The notes beneath the pieces are model-generated. The model had not been told where the DNA came from, did not search any database, and was given only the letters and a program-made list of their open reading frames with translations. Source: an uncultured bacterium (GTDB taxonomy: Bacteria > Calescibacteriota > Calescibacteriia > Calescibacteriales > Calescibacteriaceae). From it: a stretch of 64,000 nt of DNA. The DNA lies in contig CALHPK010000006.1 in assembly GCA_938036315.1 (NCBI GenBank), positions 111,926 to 175,925 on the forward strand. The letters run 5' to 3'. The translations under genes and the position numbers were made by a program. Shown piece by piece: positions 21,068 to 29,180 of this stretch. Numbering within the stretch: position 1 is the first letter of the stretch; each line of letters begins with the position of its first letter.

Positions 21068-22258
21068 TCATTCATTTGCATCTTGAATTTGTACTTTAAT
21101 AACCATTTTTCCAAAATGCTTATTTTCATACATAAGTTGGTGTGCAAGGGGGGTTTCTTCGAATTCAAAAACTTGTGATACGATTGGTTTTATCTTCTTT
21201 TGGATTATGAGCTCGTTGGCTTCCCATGCGTCGTAAGCGTTAGCGAAATGGGAGCCTATTATTTCCTTCTGCCTCATCCAAAGATATCTCACATCAAAAA
21301 GCAGATTATAACCTGTTGTAGCTCCGCATATTACTATTCTTCCAAACCTATCACAGACATAAACACTTGTTGGAAATGTTTCATATCCGACATGCTCAAA
21401 GACAATATCTGGGTCGCGCCCTCCTGTGAGCTCTCTTATTTTATTACCGAATCTTTTTATTTCCTCAAATGTCTTACTATCGATGACTCCGTTTTTAGGA
21501 GCTATATCGAATTCCGACCTATTGATGAATAGTTCTGCGCCGAGTTCCCTTAGAATTTCTGCCTTGGAAGGTGATGAGACAACACACACAGGTATAGCTC
21601 CAACAAGTTTGCAAATCTGGACAGCAAAGATCCCGAGTCCCCCTGCTGCTCCCCAAATCAGAACGACTTCACCCGGTTTGATTCTTGCTCTTCTGACAAG
21701 CATTCTGTAGGCTGTAAAGTATGTGAGCCCGTAGCTTGCGGCTTCGACCCAACTCAGATGTTTGGGTTTAGGAAGAACCTGCTGGGCTTGAACAAGACAA
21801 AATTGAGCAAATGATCCCCAGTTTGTTTCATAAGCCCATATCCTCTGGTTCTTGCAGGCCATCGGATCGAATCCGTTGCACTCTGGACACTGCCCGCATG
21901 ACTGGTTGCAGTGGAGAACCACTTCATCTCCAACTTTGCAGTTTTTAACCCCAGGTCCCACTTCCCACACAATACCCGATGCATCCGATCCCCCTATATG
22001 AAAATCATATCCTGTGTATTTCATTATATTAACCGGTTTACCTAAGGATGCCCAGACTCCATTGAAGTTTACTCCTGCCGCTTTAACAAGAACAAGAACC
22101 TGTCCTGGTCCTGGTTTTGGTACATCTATTTCTTCAATTTTCATTGCTTTTATCGGCTCACCTAATCTATCCGGTCGTATCACAACCGCTTTCATTTTTT
22201 TTACAGGGGTTCCAGGTTCAACATCTACTTTACCTAAAGGTAATATTTCTACTGCCAT
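21068..22258 (-). CDS. ccrA: crotonyl-CoA carboxylase/reductase
   Basis: GVNFNGVWA, HIGGSDASG, IWAYETNWGSFAQF, CGATTGY and RYLWMRQK..IGSHFAN. ATG at 22258 has a GGAGGT SD. Confidence 0.9.
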   Translation of the reverse strand: MAVEILPLGKVDVEPGTPVKKMKAVVIRPDRLGEPIKAMKIEEIDVPKPGPGQVLVLVKAAGVNFNGVWASLGKPVNIMKYTGYDFHIGGSDASGIVWEVGPGVKNCKVGDEVVLHCNQSCGQCPECNGFDPMACKNQRIWAYETNWGSFAQFCLVQAQQVLPKPKHLSWVEAASYGLTYFTAYRMLVRRARIKPGEVVLIWGAAGGLGIFAVQICKLVGAIPVCVVSSPSKAEILRELGAELFINRSEFDIAPKNGVIDSKTFEEIKRFGNKIRELTGGRDPDIVFEHVGYETFPTSVYVCDRFGRIVICGATTGYNLLFDVRYLWMRQKEIIGSHFANAYDAWEANELIIQKKIKPIVSQVFEFEETPLAHQLMYENKHFGKMVIKVQIQDANE

Positions 22259-22431
22259 ACTCTTTACCTCCAATACGAATTTTACTGGATTACTTTAATT
22301 CCTATTTAATTAATTTTTCTATTATGACCGATCTATTTTTGCAATTATTTTTAGGATGAACTTTGGTGCTTTTGTATTATTTGTGAGTTCTGAACCCGGG
22401 GCGATTGTAGGATAACCTATTGCGGGATTGC

Positions 22432-22473
22432 TCGGCAATTAAGAAACTCAAATCGGCAAATAAGAAACTCAAA
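22432..22473. repeat. 21-bp tandem duplication (1 mismatch)
   Basis: TCGGCAATTAAGAAACTCAAA followed by TCGGCAAATAAGAAACTCAAA. Confidence 0.85.
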
Positions 22474-22514
22474 AAAGAGTAAATCGTATTTGTATCTATT
22501 ATTTATTTTTGAAA

Positions 22515-23303
22515 ATGAGAAAAGGCGGGAAGATAATAGTACAGAAGTTTGGAGGCACATCGGTTGCTAACTTTGACAGAATGAGAAGGGCTGTAAGTCA
22601 TGTTATAAGGGAGTATAGTAAAGGTAACAAAGTTGTGGTTGTTGTGTCCGCAATGGCAGGTGAGACAGATCGTCTTTTGAATCTTGGAAAATCAGCTACA
22701 GAAAAAATATACCCCGATGAGCTTGATGTAGTAGCGTCAACCGGAGAGCAGATCTCATCTGCCATATTCTCTATGATACTTAGAGAAAATGGTATAAATG
22801 CAAAGTCTTTTCTCGCTCATCAAATAAGGATATTGACAGATGATAATTTTACCGATGCAAGAATAGTAAAGATAGAAACTGATAAGCTTATGGATTTTAT
22901 AAATTCGGGAGGAGTCCCAGTAGTTGCCGGGTTTCAGGGTGTCACCACTGATGGAAGGATAACTACCATAGGAAGAGGAGGATCTGATACAACAGCTGTT
23001 GCAGTTGCTTCCGCTATAAAAGCCTATATATGTGAAATATATACCGATGTTTCAGGAGTCTTTACTACAGATCCTAACCTTGTTCAGAATGCGAAAAAAA
23101 TAAACTTTGTATCCTATGAAGAAATGATGGAATTAGCATCACTGGGAGCAAAAGTCTTGCAGATAAGGAGCGTGGAGATAGGGGCAAGATTTGGCATACC
23201 AATTCATGTCAGAAATACATTCTCAGATGAACTTGGAACTTTGGTGTGTTATCCGGAGAGGATTCAAGAGTTGAAAGAGTTCTACAAAATCAGTTCATTA
23301 TAA
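22515..23303 (+). CDS. lysC: aspartate kinase, catalytic domain only (no ACT domains)
   Basis: VQKFGGTS, VVSAM, VAGFQG, TIGRGGSD, YTDV and GAKVL. Stops shortly after the GTLV end of the kinase domain. Confidence 0.9.
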   Translation: MRKGGKIIVQKFGGTSVANFDRMRRAVSHVIREYSKGNKVVVVVSAMAGETDRLLNLGKSATEKIYPDELDVVASTGEQISSAIFSMILRENGINAKSFLAHQIRILTDDNFTDARIVKIETDKLMDFINSGGVPVVAGFQGVTTDGRITTIGRGGSDTTAVAVASAIKAYICEIYTDVSGVFTTDPNLVQNAKKINFVSYEEMMELASLGAKVLQIRSVEIGARFGIPIHVRNTFSDELGTLVCYPERIQELKEFYKISSL

Positions 23304-23380
23304 ATAAGTGAAGTGAATCGTGAAATGGCTGAAGCGTATCGGGTTAGGAGTTATTACTCTGACAGTAGAAGTTATTCTAT

Positions 23381-23414
23381 GATGTCCTATATTATCGGAT
23401 GTTCTATATTATCG
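23381..23414. repeat. 17-bp tandem duplication (1 mismatch)
   Basis: GATGTCCTATATTATCG followed by GATGTTCTATATTATCG. Confidence 0.85.
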
Positions 23415-24212
23415 GTAGATACTTAGTGTAAGCTGATTGGATTCAGTGTATATGTTTTAGTGTCCCAAAAACTCTACTATTGTGAATATAAGTATGGCGC
23501 CAGCCCCGAATAATGCAAAATCTTTTATTGAACTGAGAAGTGGTATAAAATCGTGTATGGCTACATAGGTGAGAATTCCAGCAGAAACTGGCGCAAAGAT
23601 ATGTCCAACATCAGAAGAAAAAAGTACAAGTGTAGCCCCTAGTATATTGAAAGCAGATGTCAAAAATATGAAAGCTATAGATCTTTTCTTGTTATGATCT
23701 GAGTATATGAAACTGAGAATCAATCCATCTGTTACTTTGTGAGCTAGGATAGGTAGCAGAGATACAAAAAAATTCTTTGAAAACAATAGAAAACCACCCA
23801 TGAAAAATCCATCTGAAATGTAGTGTAATCCTAGTCCAGTTACAACTGTAACCCTAAAAGGATCTTCACAAGACCAGCAAGAAAGTTCATTTTCTCTGTA
23901 TGTAAGGTGGTGACTTTTAAGGAAGCTCAATTTATCAAGTATGATAGATATAACTACTCCAAGGAACATAAGAGTATGGGAGAAGTTATCAGAATTATGA
24001 AGCGATTCAGGAATAATCCGTAAAAAAACTGCTGATAGAATTACTCCAGAAGCAAAGCTGAAGATTTCTTTCTTCCTTAAGATAGCAAGATTTAAAAAGA
24101 GTAAAGCTGATAGTACTGGTATAGAAAACAGTACTGCTGAGATTATAATCCATTTTAAAATTATCTCAAGCTGACCAATCATAAGATACATAGTAGATAC
24201 GTAGTGTAAACT
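23415..24212. repeat. 20-bp direct repeats (18/20) flanking the ZIP gene
   Basis: GTAGATACTTAGTGTAAGCT at 23415-23434 and GTAGATACGTAGTGTAAACT at 24193-24212. Confidence 0.7.
23457..24191 (-). CDS. ZIP family metal transporter
   Basis: SFASGVIL...IIPES, GLHYISDG and AHKVTDG (variants of HNxxDG and HExPxG), His-containing loop, several TM segments. Confidence 0.85.
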   Translation of the reverse strand: MYLMIGQLEIILKWIIISAVLFSIPVLSALLFLNLAILRKKEIFSFASGVILSAVFLRIIPESLHNSDNFSHTLMFLGVVISIILDKLSFLKSHHLTYRENELSCWSCEDPFRVTVVTGLGLHYISDGFFMGGFLLFSKNFFVSLLPILAHKVTDGLILSFIYSDHNKKRSIAFIFLTSAFNILGATLVLFSSDVGHIFAPVSAGILTYVAIHDFIPLLSSIKDFALFGAGAILIFTIVEFLGH

Positions 24213-24311
24213 TAGTAGATCTACAATAATAATTCTAATCTATAATTAAGATTTCAATGATTCTTTCTTTTTCATTATTATGGCGTTTATTTTATTTTAA
24301 TCTTATAAGTT

Positions 24312-24613
24312 GGGTGAGAAATTGACCATTATAGATTAAGATCTTTTGTAGGGAAGGTGCGTAGTCTATAGGTATTCCGTAGGCTATATCTTTGAAACAC
24401 CTGAATTGTAGCCATTGCGGGCTAAAGTGTAACCTATCTTAGCCTTGAATCGTTCAACATGCTCTCTTCTAAAAAATTGTAAGTTCGGCGGAGGGGAATT
24501 CGCTGGTTTTACCTCTTTGAAGGGTGCATTTGAGGGGTACATCCTTTAGATTACCAACTTTGTTTGGCTTGCTGATAGGGAGAGTTTTGAAGAGAAGAAT
24601 TAATTTCTCACCC
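24312..24613. mobile_element. possible MITE or IS remnant bounded by 12-bp perfect inverted repeats
   Basis: GGGTGAGAAATT at 24312-24323 and AATTTCTCACCC at 24602-24613. The interior is less AT-rich than the flanks and has no intact ORF. No clear target-site duplication. Confidence 0.4.
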
Positions 24614-24797
24614 GGTGTATTTAAAAAAATTTATATTATTTATTTTACTATACGTAATATCTTTTTCTTTTATAATTTTGTATGATTTCATCGGGGGTAA
24701 GGTAGGCTGGGTTCTACTCCCGGCTGTGGAAAAATGAAAAATAGATAGGTCATTAATTTTTAATTTCCCAGAGGAAGTTGAGAATATTATAAAGAGC

Positions 24798-25964
24798 TTG
24801 ATTTATACTTGGAGAAGAGATTATTTGTATAAACTTGCAAAGTCAAGCTTTGAGCTTGCAGAACAATTTCAAAAAGGGATTTCTTTTCCTATAGATTACC
24901 AAACTATTATACCATATTTTTTTTACTTTTTCCCAAAAACTTTTTCAGCCAATGTCTTTGTCATAAAAAGTGCGCGTGATATTATAGAGGAAATCATTGC
25001 TAGTAAAGATCATATAAATATATTTGAAATTTCGGCAGGTACCTGTTCTGGGATTTCGGCTTTTCTCTATCTACTTAAAAAGCAATACATTAAGCTCGGT
25101 AGAAATATCAGGCATAATAAAAAGTTAAATATCTTCGTTCAGGATATTTCAGAGTTAGCATTAGATCTCGGTATCAAGCAGATTGAGAAATTTCTACCGA
25201 TTCAGGGTTTTGATGTGTCTCTGAGAAAGATTGTGGCAGATTCAACTAAATTGAATATCCATAAGGAAGTCGGAGAGAAAGCGGACATTGTGATAATTTC
25301 TTTTTCCCTCTATGATATTTTTGGTACGTCTGTTGAGGATATGATATCTTGGTGTAAGAAGATGATGAAATATATAAGTGATAATGGTCTGTTTTTTATT
25401 GTTGAACCAGCAGTGAAGAATAGAAATTCTTTGTTTTTGATGAAGATAAGGGATGCTATGAGGGAGAATGTTATTTCGCCTTGTCCACACTACAAAGATT
25501 GTCCACTACTTCGAAGAGGGGATGACTGGTGTCATTTTGGTGTAAGATGGAAAGCTCCGGAGTATCTTGAAAGAGCTATGTATATGATCGGAGGGAGACC
25601 TCCAGATATAAACTTTTCTTATCTTACTTTATCGAAAAAATACAGGTTGGAAAATTTGCTAAAAATATCAAATGGAAGCAAACAAGATTTTCAGCATAAA
25701 CCAGAACAAAATATGAAAATTATAAGGATTGTAAGTCATAGGTTAGAAGAGAAGGGGAGAATTCTTTTCTGGTCTTGTGAGGAATCTGGCAAATTTCTAT
25801 ATCAATTTCTCAAAAGGAATTCGTCCAAGACAGTTGAGGATGTATTCAGAATTGTCTCTGGAGACCTTATTGAAATATCTGGTGTTGTAAAAAGAGAAAA
25901 TTTCTATGAAATACTACCGAACTCAAATCTAAAAATAATCTTAAGGCTCTTTGATCTTGATTAA
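24798..25964 (+). CDS. Rsm22/METTL17-like SAM-dependent methyltransferase
   Basis: EISAGT motif I, IVEP, R...SPCPH..DCPL....WCHF, FSYL and a downstream Cys in RILFWSCEESG. Start uncertain. Confidence 0.75.
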   Translation: MIYTWRRDYLYKLAKSSFELAEQFQKGISFPIDYQTIIPYFFYFFPKTFSANVFVIKSARDIIEEIIASKDHINIFEISAGTCSGISAFLYLLKKQYIKLGRNIRHNKKLNIFVQDISELALDLGIKQIEKFLPIQGFDVSLRKIVADSTKLNIHKEVGEKADIVIISFSLYDIFGTSVEDMISWCKKMMKYISDNGLFFIVEPAVKNRNSLFLMKIRDAMRENVISPCPHYKDCPLLRRGDDWCHFGVRWKAPEYLERAMYMIGGRPPDINFSYLTLSKKYRLENLLKISNGSKQDFQHKPEQNMKIIRIVSHRLEEKGRILFWSCEESGKFLYQFLKRNSSKTVEDVFRIVSGDLIEISGVVKRENFYEILPNSNLKIILRLFDLD

Positions 25965-26193
25965 AAATTCCGCGTTGGAACTTTTTACGCACTTGAGAAA
26001 AAAGAAGTACAAATAGAGTGTTCTTGAAAAGAATGCAGGAGGTAGTATATCTGATATTCTCTCTTGCTAAACCCTGACATACTGAATCTGCTTGCTCAAA
26101 GCAAGAACAAATTGTATAAGCAAAAACAAAAAATGGGAAATTCGGTTAAATATCAAAAAGTGGCTCTAAACTCAATATAGGAGATAAAAAAAT

Positions 26194-29115
26194 ATGGGGC
26201 AATTACTTATAAAAAGATTGTCAATAGTGGTGACGGCGGTAATTTTTCTGAGCTATGTTCTAATACAATCTGCGTGTACAAGAACAGGTAGTAAAAAAGT
26301 ATCGGGTGAGGATCAGCTATCCGGAGGAATTCAAAAAATAAAGATAGAAGGGAAAGTTCAGGCGGAATCTGATTTCTTCTCGGCTTCGCAGGAGGGTATA
26401 GTAACTACTAGATTAGTAACAGGAAGAATCATAACTGCGAGGGCTCCTCGGCTTTCAGCTAAGGAAGAGGAAGTAAAGCCGGTTAGGGAAGCGATTGTTG
26501 TGTATGAGGAGGGAGGAGTATCTGCAACTTCTGATGATAATGGGAATTTTTCTCTACAGGTAACTATTTCAAGGAAGTGTCCATGTGAGGTTACAATTTC
26601 AGCCGGAGCAGTCCGGAAGGATGGAAAAAGCTATCGTGTAAGACAGAATATCACAATATCAGACGAGGACATCAAGGCTGGTAGGAAGAATGTCGGAGCT
26701 ATTACTGTTCTATCATCAGGAGGAATAATAGGTAAAGTAAGACTTGTGGGGGCTGATTATCATCAAGGTGTGTATGCCTATATCCCCGGAACTGGAATGA
26801 TTAGTATAACAGACGAGGAGGGTAATTTCGTCATAGGAGATATACCACCAGGGCAATATAAACTCGCAATGGAAAAAATAGGATACTCCTCTAAAATGAC
26901 AGAGAATGTAGTGGTGGAAGAGGGGAAGATAACTTATGTTGGAGATTTTGAACTGCAAAAGGTGGAGTCTTCAGATGATTTTCTCAAGGGAGTGGTTAGG
27001 GAGAAGGTATCCGGAAGGGTTGTAATTGGCGCAATAATAGTCAGTTCTTCTGGCAAAGTTGCTATGTCAGATGTGCAAGGGATATTTCAAATAGGGAGCA
27101 CTAAAGAAAAGCTTACCGTCTACAAAGAGGGATACAAACTAAAAGAGGTTTTCCCATCCGAGCTAACCACCAGGCAAGTTGAGATCATTCTTGAGATTGA
27201 AGATCTGAGAACTGGAGTAATAAAGGGTAAAGTGTACAATTGGAGTACATCAAAGCCTATCCCTGGGGCAACAGTGATCTCCCTACCTAAAGGAGATGCG
27301 ACAGTGACTTTAAATGATGGAAGTTTTTCTCTTCAAGGAGTTGAGCCAGGAAGTTATAATCTTATATTCATCAAGAGCGATTTCCAAGTAGGTGTAGAAC
27401 CGATCAGGATGCCAAATGGAGGAGTAATAGATATAGGAATAATAGGGCTTGTCCCGGATTGTCAGATGGCAAAGTTTTATGCGGATAAAGATGGAGATGG
27501 TTTTGGAGATCCTAATGAATATACCGAAGATTGTTATCCACCTTATGGGTATGTTGGGAATAAGAATGATTGTGATGATACAAGGGTTGAAATTCATCCC
27601 GGGGCAGTTGAAATTTGTAATGGGAAAGATGATAACTGTAATGGTCTTGTTGATGAGGGTGTGCAGGTAAAGTTCTACAGAGATCAAGATAATGATGGGT
27701 ATGGCACATCGTTGACCTTGCCAGGAAGTGTAACTCAGGCTTGTGAGCAACCCCCAGGTTATGTAGGGAACAATCTTGATTGCGATGATTCTGATCCTAA
27801 TATAAACCCTGGTGTATTGGAAGAATGTAATGGGAAAGACGACAACTGCAACGGACATATAGACGAAGGTGTACAGGTAAGATTCTACAGAGATCAAGAT
27901 AATGATGGGTATGGAGATCCTGCTTCCAAGATGCAGGCGTGTACAGTACCTGTGGGCTATGTTGAAAACAATCTTGATTGCGATGATTCTGATCCTAATA
28001 TAAACCCTGGCGTAGTTGAGGTAGTTGATGGACGAGATGAAAATTGCGATGGTATCCAAGATAATCTAACTTTCAGGATAGGGAATATAGCTGAAGTTTC
28101 GCCAGTACATTATATTGATTTGGCGATGGATCAAAGTGAGAGGCTTTATGTGTCAATGTCTTATACTGCATATGGGAGCTCAAGATGGTTAGATTACTTT
28201 CGAAAAGAAGTTTTGGGAGAGTGGGAGGGAAAGGGTGCTCGATACCTCGGTGCAGGTAGCCAACTTTTGTATAGTTCCTCTATAGCAGTGAAACCAGATG
28301 GAAGTGAAGTTTACTTTTCTTACCATAGTTTTTCAGATGGCTCTTGTGGGGGTGGTTTGTGTATAAATAAATATACATCGGGTGGTTGGTACGGTGACGG
28401 TAAAGGAGTAATTGTTGCGCCAAGCACGAGAAATAATGCGATAGCTTATGCTAATGGTTTTACTCATATAGTTTATGCAGATGAAACGGTGGTACACATA
28501 TATGCAGACTCATCGCATCCAACTTTCTCAGAGCGAGCTTCAATTGTCTTTTCAGGTCAGGTTACAGATGTAGAGGTTTCTGCAAGTCCTGATGGAGCAA
28601 CTGTGCATATGGTTGCTATTGTGATTTTAGCAGATGGGGAAAAATATCCATTTTATGCAAGGAATGCAATTCCAGGTGTTTTTTCGTCGTGGGTTACATC
28701 TCGAATAACTTCTTATACTTATGATGTTGAAAGTATTTCCGTTGCTGTTTCAGCTAATGGAGTAACTCATATATGTTTTACTGGAAAAAATACTCCACAT
28801 CTTTTTTACACGCAATCTACCGGGGGTAGCTTTTCAATTCCCAACAGTATTGACGGAGAGGGACCAATGTCATCCTGTTCAATTACACTTGATAATGTTG
28901 GTTCCCCTCACGTAGCCTATTACAGTAAATCATTCAAAGATTTGAGATATGCTGTTTTGTATGAGGGAAGTTGGAAGAAATACAGAGTAACATATGTAGA
29001 ATATGTTCCGTTGAATCACGGAGTCGGGATAGTGATAGATAGTAAAAAGATTCCGTATATAGCTTTTATTGGTTATAATCTACCAAGATACGCAACGCTA
29101 ACAAGGAAGAATTAG
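26194..29115 (+). CDS. large surface lipoprotein: carboxypeptidase-regulatory-like beta-sandwich domains, three MopE-type metal-binding repeats, C-terminal beta-propeller-like region
   Basis: QSAC lipobox, repeated G.I.G.V...GA.V...T...G.F modules, and DxDxDGYG...DCDD...PG..E.CNGKDDNCNG repeats. GGAG SD. Confidence 0.8.
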   Translation: MGQLLIKRLSIVVTAVIFLSYVLIQSACTRTGSKKVSGEDQLSGGIQKIKIEGKVQAESDFFSASQEGIVTTRLVTGRIITARAPRLSAKEEEVKPVREAIVVYEEGGVSATSDDNGNFSLQVTISRKCPCEVTISAGAVRKDGKSYRVRQNITISDEDIKAGRKNVGAITVLSSGGIIGKVRLVGADYHQGVYAYIPGTGMISITDEEGNFVIGDIPPGQYKLAMEKIGYSSKMTENVVVEEGKITYVGDFELQKVESSDDFLKGVVREKVSGRVVIGAIIVSSSGKVAMSDVQGIFQIGSTKEKLTVYKEGYKLKEVFPSELTTRQVEIILEIEDLRTGVIKGKVYNWSTSKPIPGATVISLPKGDATVTLNDGSFSLQGVEPGSYNLIFIKSDFQVGVEPIRMPNGGVIDIGIIGLVPDCQMAKFYADKDGDGFGDPNEYTEDCYPPYGYVGNKNDCDDTRVEIHPGAVEICNGKDDNCNGLVDEGVQVKFYRDQDNDGYGTSLTLPGSVTQACEQPPGYVGNNLDCDDSDPNINPGVLEECNGKDDNCNGHIDEGVQVRFYRDQDNDGYGDPASKMQACTVPVGYVENNLDCDDSDPNINPGVVEVVDGRDENCDGIQDNLTFRIGNIAEVSPVHYIDLAMDQSERLYVSMSYTAYGSSRWLDYFRKEVLGEWEGKGARYLGAGSQLLYSSSIAVKPDGSEVYFSYHSFSDGSCGGGLCINKYTSGGWYGDGKGVIVAPSTRNNAIAYANGFTHIVYADETVVHIYADSSHPTFSERASIVFSGQVTDVEVSASPDGATVHMVAIVILADGEKYPFYARNAIPGVFSSWVTSRITSYTYDVESISVAVSANGVTHICFTGKNTPHLFYTQSTGGSFSIPNSIDGEGPMSSCSITLDNVGSPHVAYYSKSFKDLRYAVLYEGSWKKYRVTYVEYVPLNHGVGIVIDSKKIPYIAFIGYNLPRYATLTRKN
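27475..28060 (+). repeat. three intragenic repeats of about 200 bp encoding Asp/Cys-rich metal-binding modules
   Basis: Identical blocks TTCTACAGAGATCAAGATAATGATGGGTATGG (27673, 27883) and AACAATCTTGATTGCGATGATTCTGATCCTAATATAAACCCTGG (27769, 27967). Confidence 0.85.
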
Positions 29116-29180
29116 ATCATTATATTCTTGTCTGAGTGGAAGATTTGCAAAGCTTGAAAGTTCTGCAGAGAACTTAATTC

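Noticed and set aside
22274-22508. Lysine riboswitch upstream of lysC
   Set aside because: No L-box conserved elements recognised; the region is mostly AT-rich plus a tandem duplication.
27310-28059. 249-aa antisense ORF
   Set aside because: Shadow frame produced by the repetitive Asp/Asn-rich codons of the surface protein.
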